Of a DNA stretch of 38,484 nucleotides, positions 1 to 9,170 are shown piece after piece. The stretch spans positions 1 to 38,484 of the forward strand of contig SLIL01000158.1 in the NCBI GenBank assembly GCA_007135645.1, given 5' to 3'. This DNA is from Bacteroidales bacterium (GTDB taxonomy: Bacteria > Bacteroidota > Bacteroidia > Bacteroidales > UBA7960). Numbering within the stretch: position 1 is the first letter of the stretch; every line of letters starts with the position of its first letter. The translations under genes were made by a program, and so were the position numbers. Under the pieces are notes generated by a model. That model ran no database searches. It was not told where the DNA came from and saw only the letters and a program-made list of their open reading frames with translations.

Positions 1-1413
1 ATCGTTATTCTGCCTGAGGATGTCACTGAACCTGGCCAGACCTTCAGTAGTCCAGTTGCGTTTTTTGTCCTCTTCCTTTCTTTTCTGATCTTCGGCCTCA
101 GCTTTTTTAAGGCTTTCCCGCATTTGGATGAGCGCATTACCTAACACATCTTCATCACTCAAAGGGGTAAATGCATAATCAAAATTCTTTTTCTCTATCT
201 CGTTGGCAAACTCTGCTGTTGCTTTCAGACCATCAATCAGTTTATTGAGTGATTGAGAGATCCCACCAATTTCATCTTTGCGTGTAGTAATAAAATGATC
301 CAATTGTTTACCCATGGCAAGCCCTTGCAGGATCTCCGATGTTTGATTGATAGGGGTAGTTATCTGCCGCATAATAAATCGTAAGGAAATCAACAGGAAA
401 ATAATACCGAAAACTATTGCACCATAAACAAGGTTACGTGCATTTCTTGTGGCCTGCTGATAAAAATCATATTCTGTAACTGTAACGGCTACAAAGGTTT
501 GATAGGGCTCAAAAAACCTGAAAAACAACCTTCTTTCGGGAGCATTTCGCTGATCCTCCGGCCAGCGATATACCAATGAACCTTCTCTTGCAGCTACCAT
601 GTGTTGAAATACATGGGAGCCGGCAATATTATTCCCCTGTTCGGTTGGGTGGATCATTACATTTCCTTCACTATCCACGAGAAAAGGGTAACCGGTGCTA
701 AAGTACCTGATGTCGGCATAGGTGTCTGCAAGAAAACCAAGATCTTTTTCGGGCACACCCACAAAGATTGCGCCTGCTAACTCACCGTCAACATACAAGG
801 GCTGGTAGGCGGTAATAAAGTATTCATCAAGGATTACTGCCCTGCCCTGAAAAACCTCGCCATTTAGTAAGCTATTGGCGACCGGGGAGTTATCAGGGAT
901 GTAGGTTCCTGTGCCCCGTTGCCCCTGCCTGTCTCTTATATTGGTTGAGATCCTCAGAAATCCACCATCAACCCGTTGAAAGATTGTGGAAGCAACGTCT
1001 GCACCATCCTGAATTCTATCAACAATCCGGGTGTTGTTCCACAATGGAGAATTATTGATCATTAAAGGGAGGATATCCATGGTTCGGGATACATTCGTTT
1101 CCTGGTTGGTAACCTGAATACTGATCAAACTGGTATCCAGGGATAATTCTCCGGCTGAGCTTACTACTTCATCAGCATAGGTTAGAGCAATAGAAACGAG
1201 ATCGGTTTTTGTGCGATAATTGAGCTCAAGCATGCGGTAAAGGTCATTGACATGGGCCGTCATACGATCACTGTTTCCTTCAATCTGCATGGACTGACGG
1301 GTTATTACCACGACTGTACCAAGGGTAACCAGAACCACAAAAACCATGAAGGAGATGATTACAGAAACTTTTGTGCCAATTGATAACTGGCTCCATCTAT
1401 CTTTTATTTTCAT
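1..1413 (-). CDS. Membrane sensor: TM-Cache_3/Cache_2-type periplasmic domain-TM-HAMP, probably followed by GAF; 3' end lies outside the window
   Basis: Hand translation from ATG at 1413 (MKIKDRWSQLSIGTKVSVIISFMVFVVLV...), open to base 1. Cache_3-like motifs STIFQRVDGGFLRISTNI, RGTGTYIP and FQGRAVILDEYFITAYQPL. Second TM LVYGAIVFGIIFLLISL, HAMP ...RKDEIGGISQSLNKL, ends RNWTTEGLARFSDILRQNND. Missing from the ORF track because there is no stop in the window. Confidence 0.85.
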   Translation of the reverse strand, partial: MKIKDRWSQLSIGTKVSVIISFMVFVVLVTLGTVVVITRQSMQIEGNSDRMTAHVNDLYRMLELNYRTKTDLVSIALTYADEVVSSAGELSLDTSLISIQVTNQETNVSRTMDILPLMINNSPLWNNTRIVDRIQDGADVASTIFQRVDGGFLRISTNIRDRQGQRGTGTYIPDNSPVANSLLNGEVFQGRAVILDEYFITAYQPLYVDGELAGAIFVGVPEKDLGFLADTYADIRYFSTGYPFLVDSEGNVMIHPTEQGNNIAGSHVFQHMVAAREGSLVYRWPEDQRNAPERRLFFRFFEPYQTFVAVTVTEYDFYQQATRNARNLVYGAIVFGIIFLLISLRFIMRQITTPINQTSEILQGLAMGKQLDHFITTRKDEIGGISQSLNKLIDGLKATAEFANEIEKKNFDYAFTPLSDEDVLGNALIQMRESLKKAEAEDQKRKEEDKKRNWTTEGLARFSDILRQNND

Positions 1414-1453
1414 AACCTATCAATTGGAGTTAAAACTGTGTAAATTATAACTA

Positions 1454-2308
1454 TCAGTTCTCGTTGAGAGATTCAAAGTATTGCCTGATCTCCATCTGGG
1501 CAAAACCATAATCCTGGGCAGAAGTACCCGTATTGTCGGTAATAAACCTGTCTGCGCCATTCTGAATAAGTATTCTGATCATCTCGAGGTTTCCTTCCAT
1601 TACTGCTTTGATAATGGGAGTGCGCCCCTGATGATCCTGGATATTTACATCTGCCCCCTGGTTAATGAGTTCCTGGTGTACAGGAATTCTCCCCTGGTAT
1701 CGATGCACCATTATTGTAGGAATACCTGCCGGGTTTCTGGCATTAACATCCGCACCATGCTCAACCAGCATTTGAACAGCCTCCGTATTGGTTCCGGATT
1801 CAAGGGACCTCATCAAAATGGTATTACCATCAAGGTCTGAGATATTGGGATTGGCCCCTGCTTCGAGCAACTGTATGGCTCCTCTGTTATTTCCGGCATT
1901 AATAGCAACCATGAGGGCAGTTGCACCATTGTTGGCCCTGATTTCCAGGTTTGCGCCATTGTAAATAAGGTAGTTCAATATCCGGTTGTTTCGTTGAATA
2001 GCTGCTTCCATTAGAGCCGTAAACCCAATATGGTTCTGAATATTAACATTGGCCTGGTGTTCCAGCAGGGTCACAAGGATCCGGTAATGGTTGGCTTCTG
2101 CAGCGCCAATCAGGGGCACGAACTGGGGATTGCCGTCACCATTTGGGTTGTCGCCCCGGGCAAGAAAACGATTGACCCTGGATTGGTTGTTATCCATGAC
2201 CGCGTTGTAAAGCCGTGACTGGGCTGAAAGTTCAGCACTTAAAAGAACCAATACAAATGTAATTACCGGGAAAAGGGTACTAAAATTTGAATAACGCCTG
2301 TTGATCAT
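1454..2308 (-). CDS. Secreted ankyrin-repeat protein
   Basis: Repeated ankyrin motifs (GFTALMEAA, GATALMVAI, GRTPIIKAV, GADVN/GANPN); signal peptide ending LSA-Q. Confidence 0.9.
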   Translation of the reverse strand: MINRRYSNFSTLFPVITFVLVLLSAELSAQSRLYNAVMDNNQSRVNRFLARGDNPNGDGNPQFVPLIGAAEANHYRILVTLLEHQANVNIQNHIGFTALMEAAIQRNNRILNYLIYNGANLEIRANNGATALMVAINAGNNRGAIQLLEAGANPNISDLDGNTILMRSLESGTNTEAVQMLVEHGADVNARNPAGIPTIMVHRYQGRIPVHQELINQGADVNIQDHQGRTPIIKAVMEGNLEMIRILIQNGADRFITDNTGTSAQDYGFAQMEIRQYFESLNEN

Positions 2309-2441
2309 AAAATGAGAGGTTAAGTTGTAAAGAATGTTTTTTTGTTCTTTTATTACAACCTGAAAACATCAAACTTTATCAGGAGAATAAAATTACACAA
2401 TTTTAAAATTAAATGCTTAACAAGCAACTATTATTCCAAAA

Positions 2442-2891
2442 TTAAGACAAAAGTCTTTTCACAACTTCAGACACCAGCTTATTATCAGCTTTCCCTGCCA
2501 TTTCCTTTGAAGCTCGTCCCATTACTTTGCCCATGTCTTTCATATCAGATGCACCGGTTTCCAGGATCACTTTTTTCACCTGTTTTTCAATCTCCTTCTC
2601 ACTCAGTTGCTCAGGCAAATACTCTTCAATAACACCCGCCTGATTGATTTCTACATCTGCCAGATCCTTTCTACCCTGGTCAACATACATTTCGGCTGCT
2701 TCTTTTCTTTGCTTCACCAAACGCTTCAGAAGCATTATTTCCACTTCCGGTTTAATTTCAGCAGTACCCCCTTTATCTGTTCGTTGTACCAGCAGCGCAT
2801 TTTTTACTGCTCTCAAAGCTTCCAATCTTTCTTTCTCCTTGGCAAGCATAGCTTTTTTAATGTCCTGGTCAATTTTTTCAAGTAGCCTCAT
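2442..2891 (-). CDS. yqeY: GatB/YqeY domain protein
   Basis: DIKKAMLAKEKERLEALR, YLPEQLS and DMGKVMG motifs; usual position downstream of ftsZ in Bacteroidota. Confidence 0.93.
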   Translation of the reverse strand: MRLLEKIDQDIKKAMLAKEKERLEALRAVKNALLVQRTDKGGTAEIKPEVEIMLLKRLVKQRKEAAEMYVDQGRKDLADVEINQAGVIEEYLPEQLSEKEIEKQVKKVILETGASDMKDMGKVMGRASKEMAGKADNKLVSEVVKRLLS

Positions 2892-2917
2892 GGTTTTTTA
2901 ATTGGTTTAGGTTTATG

Positions 2918-2925
2918 CAAATTTA
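2918..2925 (-). promoter_or_regulatory. Bacteroidota -7 promoter element (TAAATTTG) for yqeY
   Basis: Matches TAnnTTTG, ~27 nt upstream of the yqeY ATG and just past the ftsZ terminator. Confidence 0.6.
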
Positions 2926-2941
2926 GCAAAACAGTTGCAAT

Positions 2942-2968
2942 AAAAAAGCCCTGCTTTTCAACAGGGCC
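2942..2968 (-). terminator. Intrinsic terminator after ftsZ
   Basis: Minus strand reads GCCCTG-ttgaaaag-CAGGGC-TTTTTT, about 25 nt after the ftsZ stop. Confidence 0.8.
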
Positions 2969-2993
2969 ATTTGAAGGGGATGCGTATCCGTTC

Positions 2994-4541
2994 TTAATCA
3001 ACGTTATCGTGTAAAAATGAATTGTTGGATTTGATCTGGGTTTTCCCGTCACCATCAAAGAGGGTGTATCTCGACACTTGCGATTCGTGGCTTGCAGGAA
3101 CTTTATTCAGCGCAACATTTCTTCTCAGGTATGCAGGTTCTTTTTCAAGATCACTCAGCCCTTCGGGGGTTTTGATTTTAAGGCTGAGTTCGCGCAGACG
3201 CGATTCTCTTTCGCGGGCTTTATCCTTAAGTCCAAAAGGATCTTCGGTTTTTGGTTCAGCGGGTTCCTGCTCCTTTCTTTTTATATCAGTAAGTGGATTT
3301 CTTTCCCGGGTATCCTGATCTTTGTTATCGGTGCTGAACAGCGATGCCTGATCCCTGGAGCTATCTACGTCAATTTGTACCTGACGATGATCCTTGTCTG
3401 CTTTATGCTTGTCCGGGTCAGAACCTTCCTGCTGTGATGCTTTTCGTGATATTACAGTAAAGCCATGCTCATTTTCCTGGCGGGGCTCTTCATTCTTCTG
3501 CACATTGCCTTCAAGGGGAATCACTTTTTTCTTAGGCACTGCCGCTTCCATATTGTATCCGAGATCGGAATTTTCGCCAAATCCGGTGGCAACAATAATA
3601 ACATTGATCTTATTGCCCAGGCTTTCATCTTTGCCATAGCCCCAGATGATATCGGCCGTAGAGCCAGCCTCCATTTGGATATAATCAGTTATCTCGGTGA
3701 TTTCGTCCATAAGGATCTCTTCCTTTCCGCTGATGATATTGAGCAACACATTGCTGGCACCCTTGATATTGTTGTCATTGAGCAAGGGTGATGCCAGAGC
3801 TGTTTCTACTGCTTTTATTGCACGGTTGTCGCCTTCGGCACTTCCACTTCCCATAATGGCTACTCCACTATTGGACATAACAGTTTTTACATCTGCAAAA
3901 TCCACATTCACACCTCCGGTAAGGGTGATGATCTCAGCAATACCTTTGGCAGCTGTGGTGAGGACATTATCTGCCTTGGAAAAAGCATCTGTAACAGACA
4001 AGTTTCCGTAAAGCTCCCTTAATTTATCGTTGCAGATCACAATGAGAGCATCCACATTTTCTTTCATCTCTTTAAGGCCTTCTTCAGCCTGCATTCTTCT
4101 TTTGCGGCCTTCAAAAGCAAAAGGAATGGTAACAATTCCTACAGTGAGGATGTCCATCTCTTTTGAAGCCTTGGCAATCACCGGAGCTGCGCCGGTACCT
4201 GTTCCTCCGCCCATACCGGCGGTAATGAACAGCATCTTGGTGTTTTTTTCAAGGATCTCTTTGATCCGGTCCATGTCTTCTATGGCGGCGTTTTTCCCAA
4301 CTGCGGGGATGCTTCCGGCACCTCTGCCATCGGTAAGGCTTACTCCCAGCTGGATTTTATTGGGTACAGGGCTACAGTCAAGGGCTTGCGAATCGGTATT
4401 GCAAACCACAAAATCTACTCCTTCAATTCCCTGCTTAAACATGTAGTTTACTGCATTACTACCTCCGCCCCCAACACCCAGGACTTTAATATCGGACGAT
4501 TGGTTTTTTGGTAAGTCGAAATTTATCATGTCTGTGTTCAT
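2994..4541 (-). CDS. ftsZ: Cell division protein FtsZ
   Basis: GVGGGGSNAV, tubulin signature GMGGGTGTG, NVDFADV; long linker and Bacteroidota C-terminus EPAYLRR...FLHDNVD. Confidence 0.99.
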   Translation of the reverse strand: MNTDMINFDLPKNQSSDIKVLGVGGGGSNAVNYMFKQGIEGVDFVVCNTDSQALDCSPVPNKIQLGVSLTDGRGAGSIPAVGKNAAIEDMDRIKEILEKNTKMLFITAGMGGGTGTGAAPVIAKASKEMDILTVGIVTIPFAFEGRKRRMQAEEGLKEMKENVDALIVICNDKLRELYGNLSVTDAFSKADNVLTTAAKGIAEIITLTGGVNVDFADVKTVMSNSGVAIMGSGSAEGDNRAIKAVETALASPLLNDNNIKGASNVLLNIISGKEEILMDEITEITDYIQMEAGSTADIIWGYGKDESLGNKINVIIVATGFGENSDLGYNMEAAVPKKKVIPLEGNVQKNEEPRQENEHGFTVISRKASQQEGSDPDKHKADKDHRQVQIDVDSSRDQASLFSTDNKDQDTRERNPLTDIKRKEQEPAEPKTEDPFGLKDKARERESRLRELSLKIKTPEGLSDLEKEPAYLRRNVALNKVPASHESQVSRYTLFDGDGKTQIKSNNSFLHDNVD

Positions 4542-4594
4542 ATTTTCCGGGTCTAAAGTAGTTATTATAAAATTTATTTATTTCTTAACACACA

Positions 4595-4637
4595 GGTTTT
4601 TATCAACAGATTTCCCAATGAAATTGTTAATAAAACC
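4595..4637. promoter_or_regulatory. Inverted repeat/stem-loop in the ftsA-ftsZ spacer, with arms resembling DnaA boxes
   Basis: GGTTTTTATCAACA-g-ATTTC-ccaat-GAAAT-TGTTAATAAAACC. Confidence 0.5.
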
Positions 4638-4639
4638 GA

Positions 4640-5914
4640 TCAATCTGGGGTATCATTCTCAAAAAATTGCCTTCCTTTTTTGAGGATGACATCAAAAAAG
4701 TTTCCTCTATTCTTTTTGGAGTGGGTAGATACCCTTGGCTCCTTCTTTTTTCTCTGCTTCTCCGAATTGTTAAACCCCTGGATTACAAGGCCAACACCGG
4801 TGGCATGCATGGGTTTGGATACTTCATCGGAAGGGGCTTTGGCAAGGTGCTCACTGGGATAGCCGATCCGGGTATCCATGCCGGTAATAAATGATGTGAG
4901 CTGTGCGATATGCTTCAGCTGGCTGCCTCCACCAGTAAGTACGATCCCTGCAATAAGCTTGTTTTCAAAACCGGAGTTGCGGATCTCATAATACACATGC
5001 TCAATGATCTCTTCAGAGCGTGCCTGGATAATATTAGCCAGGTTTTTCAGAGAGATCTCCTTGGGATCACGCCCTTTTAATCCGGGAATGGAAACGATCT
5101 CTTCGTCGCGGTTTTCACTGGCCAGCGCCGAACCAAAGTTTACCTTCAATGCTTCGGCCTGTATCTTTATGATGGAACACCCTTCCTTGATATCTTCGGT
5201 GATCACGTTGCCACCCAGAGGAATTACCGCGGTATGCCGGATGATGTTGTCCTGAAAGATCGCAATATCGGTAGTGCCGCCACCAATATCCACCAGAACC
5301 ACCCCGGCCTCTTTTTCTTCTGCACTCAGCACTGCCTCGGAAGATGCCAATGGCTCCAGGATAAGGTCGTCGATCTCAAGCCCTGCCTTGGTAACACATT
5401 TCTCAATATTCCGTGCTGCTGCCAGTTGCCCGGTAATAATGTGAAAGTTTGCCTCCAGGCATCTGCCCGACATTCCGATGGGGGCTCTTATTCCCTGCTC
5501 ATTGTCAATAATGTAGTCTTGCGGGATTACATGAATAATATCCTCTCCCGGAGGAAGCACCAGCTTATACATATTTTCGATCAGATCGTCCACATCCTGC
5601 TGATCCACTTCCTCGTCAATGGAGTTTCGCATAATGCTACCACGATGCTGCAAACTGCGGATATGCTGGCCGGCAATTCCCACATTCACCACCCTGATCT
5701 CAACCCCCGATCGTTGCTCAGCTTCGGTTACAGCCGAACGGATAGAATCAACCGTGTGTTGTATATTGGCAACAACACCTCGGCTTACTCCCAGCGAGGG
5801 GCTTTTTCCCAGCCCGAGTATTTCTATTTTGCCATATTCATTTTTACGTCCAACGATACAAGCAATTTTTGTTGAACCAATATCTAAACCTACAATAATT
5901 TCAGATGGTACCAT
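4640..5914 (-). CDS. ftsA: Cell division protein FtsA (ATG at 5914 preferred over the track start at 5935)
   Basis: IIVGLDIGSTKI, VDIGGGTTDIA and VLTGGGSQL actin-fold motifs; dcw position. Confidence 0.98.
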   Translation of the reverse strand: MVPSEIIVGLDIGSTKIACIVGRKNEYGKIEILGLGKSPSLGVSRGVVANIQHTVDSIRSAVTEAEQRSGVEIRVVNVGIAGQHIRSLQHRGSIMRNSIDEEVDQQDVDDLIENMYKLVLPPGEDIIHVIPQDYIIDNEQGIRAPIGMSGRCLEANFHIITGQLAAARNIEKCVTKAGLEIDDLILEPLASSEAVLSAEEKEAGVVLVDIGGGTTDIAIFQDNIIRHTAVIPLGGNVITEDIKEGCSIIKIQAEALKVNFGSALASENRDEEIVSIPGLKGRDPKEISLKNLANIIQARSEEIIEHVYYEIRNSGFENKLIAGIVLTGGGSQLKHIAQLTSFITGMDTRIGYPSEHLAKAPSDEVSKPMHATGVGLVIQGFNNSEKQRKKKEPRVSTHSKKNRGNFFDVILKKGRQFFENDTPD

Positions 5915-5922
5915 AGCAGCAT

Positions 5923-6711
5923 TTATTTTGAACAAACAACCTGATTTTTATACTTTAAATTTATTGTTGAATAGCTTGCCCAACCAACGTGGGTAAGCCC
6001 GTTTCTGTAAAACTTTAATAATTTCTCAAATTTTTCTTCCATATCCTCTACTCCTCCCAGCTTCACCACATGCACCCCGTTGCGCGGGATCAACTCAAAC
6101 TCTCCATGGCTGGTTACATATACCTGATCGATCCATGCACTCCAGAAAGGATCGTTCCCCATGTATCGGATCAACTCATTCAAATCCTTCATTACCCTTT
6201 CTGAGCGACTCAACTTATTTTCATCTGCTAGCTCATTAAGGGAAAAATCATGGGCATACCTGGTATGGATAAACCCCGTTGCAACAGGAACCCTGGCAGT
6301 AAACTTATCGCTGGTCCTCATCAAACGGCCCGATTCATCCAGGTAATAGGTCTCGTTCAGTGTATTCACGATCCTTACAATGGGTATCCTCTGTTTAATA
6401 TCTGCCATAACATGGCCGTCAATACTCCTGTAAACCCGGCTATCCTGCACATAATACATGGCATTGATCCTTTCTGAAATGCGGTTGAGCGATATATCCT
6501 TCATAACCCGCCCTTCCAGGGTGTCCATCAATGCATATACTTTTTTAACCACTTCCGCCGAATCAACAAACCTCATCCCATGAGGCTGATCAATGTTTAC
6601 ACTGAAGCTGCGGCAGGGCATAGTCTTATTGCTTTCAACGGCAAAGCTCAGCAACAGAAAAACTCCTGCAGGTATCAGAATATACAGTATGATGACCAGA
6701 ACCTTTTTCAT
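5923..6711 (-). CDS. ftsQ: Cell division protein FtsQ/DivIB (Bacteroidota type)
   Basis: N-terminal TM, QRIPIVRI, YYLDESG, C-terminal YSTINLKYKNQVVC; lies between murC and ftsA. Confidence 0.9.
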   Translation of the reverse strand: MKKVLVIILYILIPAGVFLLLSFAVESNKTMPCRSFSVNIDQPHGMRFVDSAEVVKKVYALMDTLEGRVMKDISLNRISERINAMYYVQDSRVYRSIDGHVMADIKQRIPIVRIVNTLNETYYLDESGRLMRTSDKFTARVPVATGFIHTRYAHDFSLNELADENKLSRSERVMKDLNELIRYMGNDPFWSAWIDQVYVTSHGEFELIPRNGVHVVKLGGVEDMEEKFEKLLKFYRNGLTHVGWASYSTINLKYKNQVVCSK

Positions 6712-8060
6712 GATTTATCCAGCAATGCTTTAATGGGTTTAACAAACTTGTCTATATTTCCGGCCCCCATGGTAATCAATACTTCAAACCGGTTGGCGTT
6801 CACAAACTCCAGCAGGTCCTTGTCAGGGACAAAGTATTTCTCGGGCAGATCGATCTTATCAAGAATGGAATGGGCACTTACCCCTTCAATGGGCAATTCC
6901 CTGGCCGGATAAATATCCATTACAACAACCTGGTCGAGCATGCCCAGTGCCTCACCAAAACCATCAGCCAGATCGCGGGTGCGCGAATACAGGTGCGGCT
7001 GAAAAATGCCGGTGATCTTTTTCTTCGGAAACAGTGCCCTGGCTGATCTTACACAGGCTGCAATCTCCTCAGGATGATGTGCATAATCATCAATAAACAC
7101 CGATTTTCCTCCCGCACAAATTATTTCAAAACGCCTTTTCACTCCTTTAAAAGTCCCCAACGCCTGTTGAATATTCTCCCATGAAATGCCTGCCATGCGT
7201 GATGCAGCAGCTGCAGCAAGGGCATTTTCGAGATTATGCAACCCGGCTCCACCAAATTTTACCGGGTATTCCTGGTTACCTTCAGTAAATGCACAATGGT
7301 ATTTCCCTTCTTCAATTACCGGGTTCAGCATCCTGAATCGGGCCTGGTTAGCGGTACCATATTTTTCAATCATCACATTTTCCGGGGCAGTCATTCCCAG
7401 TTTATCTTTCATGATAAGATGTCCGCCGGGTTCAACCTTTTGGGTAAACAACGTGAAGGACTCTTTTAACTGATCCATGGTTCCATACACATCAAGGTGG
7501 TCGGCATCCATAGAAGTGATCACTGCCACCCGTGGTTTAAGCTGCAGGAATGACCGGTCAAACTCATCTGCCTCAACGATAGCCCAACGGGGTTTGCCCG
7601 ACACAATAAAATTCGTATCATAATTGGCGCTGATCCCTCCTACGAAACTCACAAAGTCCATTTTTGCAGTTTTGAAAATATGGGCAATAATGCTTGCTAC
7701 AGTAGTTTTTCCATGGGTTCCGGCAACAGCTATCGTGGGAATGCCGGCAGCAATTTGTCCCAGCATTTCAGATCGCTTCATCATTTTAACCGGGCTGTTT
7801 TTGAAGAAAACAAACTGCCTGTTTTCTTTGGGTATGGCCGGTGTATAAATTACCAGGTCCGTTTCTGCAGGCAGCACCTCTTCAGTATCGGTGTAATTAA
7901 TCACAGCTCCTTCCTTTTCAAGCTGCATGGTAAGATCGGTTGATGTACGGTCATACCCGTAAACCTGCTTGCCAAGCCACAGGAAATACCGGGCAAGGGC
8001 ACTCATGCCAATGCCGCCGATTCCAAGAAAGTAAATCCTATGTGCCTGATTAATATCCAT
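6708..8060 (-). CDS. murC: UDP-N-acetylmuramate--L-alanine ligase
   Basis: GIGGIGMSALA, AGTHGKTT, EADEFDRSFL, DDYAHHP, FQPHLYSRT. Confidence 0.98.
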   Translation of the reverse strand: MDINQAHRIYFLGIGGIGMSALARYFLWLGKQVYGYDRTSTDLTMQLEKEGAVINYTDTEEVLPAETDLVIYTPAIPKENRQFVFFKNSPVKMMKRSEMLGQIAAGIPTIAVAGTHGKTTVASIIAHIFKTAKMDFVSFVGGISANYDTNFIVSGKPRWAIVEADEFDRSFLQLKPRVAVITSMDADHLDVYGTMDQLKESFTLFTQKVEPGGHLIMKDKLGMTAPENVMIEKYGTANQARFRMLNPVIEEGKYHCAFTEGNQEYPVKFGGAGLHNLENALAAAAASRMAGISWENIQQALGTFKGVKRRFEIICAGGKSVFIDDYAHHPEEIAACVRSARALFPKKKITGIFQPHLYSRTRDLADGFGEALGMLDQVVVMDIYPARELPIEGVSAHSILDKIDLPEKYFVPDKDLLEFVNANRFEVLITMGAGNIDKFVKPIKALLDKS

Positions 8061-8066
8061 ATTTTT

Positions 8067-9170
8067 TTATTTCACTAGTCCAAGGGCCACTCCTGCAATA
8101 TTTTTTGCCGAGTCGCGGTAAAAGAATCCAGCTATGTTTTGTTTTAGTTTGTGTAGTTTATCTTCATCATGAATCAGATCAGAAACGGCACTTCCCAGTT
8201 TTTCACGCACCTCATTGTCGCGCACCAGCACGGCAGCATGCATGTTTACCAGGGCCATGGCATTCTTGGTTTGATGATCTTCGGCCACATTGGGCGAAGG
8301 CACCAGCACCGAAGGGCGTTGCAGGGCGCATATCTCGCTGATGGCAATGGCACCAGCCCTTGAAACCACCACATCACTCACTGCAAAGGCCAGGTCCATT
8401 CTGTTAATGAATGCATTTACCCACAAAGACTTTGTCTTCAATCTGCCGGCCAGCAGCATGGCATTGTCAATGTAGTGCTTCCCTGTTTGCCAGATTACCT
8501 GCAACCCTTCTGACAACATCCCTTCCACATGCCTGTTCATGGCTTCGTTGATGCTTAAGGCACCCAGGCTACCTCCCACAATAAGTACTACTTTTTTATC
8601 AGGGCTGAATCCAAAATACTCAAGGCCTTCTTCCTTTCTGCTGTTGGCATCCAGGATATCATTCCTGACCGGATTTCCGGTCAGGAATATTTTCTCTTTG
8701 GGGAAAAAGCGTTCCATTCCTTCATAAGCCACACAGATCTTATCTGCCTTGCGCGCAAGGATTTTATTAGTGATACCCGGATAAGAATTCTGCTCCTGTA
8801 TGAGAGTGGGAATTCCGTATTTGGCAGCCGCCCTTACCACCGGGCCACTGGCATACCCTCCCACACCAATAACAATCTGAGGCCTGAATCTTTTTACTAT
8901 GTTTTTAGACCGCACCATGCTGTCGCACAACTTAAAGGGCACCAGGAAGTTTTTCCATGTGAGTCGCCTTTGCAGTCCGGAAATATTGAGACCGATAATG
9001 TGATAGCCGGCAGCCGGTACCTTTTCCATTTCCATGCGCCCTTTTGCTCCCACAAACAGGATACGTGCATTGAACACCTTCTCCTTTATGGCATTGGCAA
9101 TGGCTATGGCAGGGAAAACATGGCCTCCGGTGCCACCTCCGGCAATGATTACTTTGATCTGGTCAGGCAT
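8067..9170 (-). CDS. murG: Undecaprenyl-PP-MurNAc-pentapeptide GlcNAc transferase (ATG at 9170, overlapping the ftsW stop)
   Basis: GGGTGGHVFPA, GGYASGP, EQNSYPG, GGSLGA, SRAGA, HQTKNA. Confidence 0.98.
   Translation of the reverse strand: MPDQIKVIIAGGGTGGHVFPAIAIANAIKEKVFNARILFVGAKGRMEMEKVPAAGYHIIGLNISGLQRRLTWKNFLVPFKLCDSMVRSKNIVKRFRPQIVIGVGGYASGPVVRAAAKYGIPTLIQEQNSYPGITNKILARKADKICVAYEGMERFFPKEKIFLTGNPVRNDILDANSRKEEGLEYFGFSPDKKVVLIVGGSLGALSINEAMNRHVEGMLSEGLQVIWQTGKHYIDNAMLLAGRLKTKSLWVNAFINRMDLAFAVSDVVVSRAGAIAISEICALQRPSVLVPSPNVAEDHQTKNAMALVNMHAAVLVRDNEVREKLGSAVSDLIHDEDKLHKLKQNIAGFFYRDSAKNIAGVALGLVK

Noticed and set aside
5234-5875. 213-aa plus-strand ORF
   Set aside because: Antisense shadow of ftsA.
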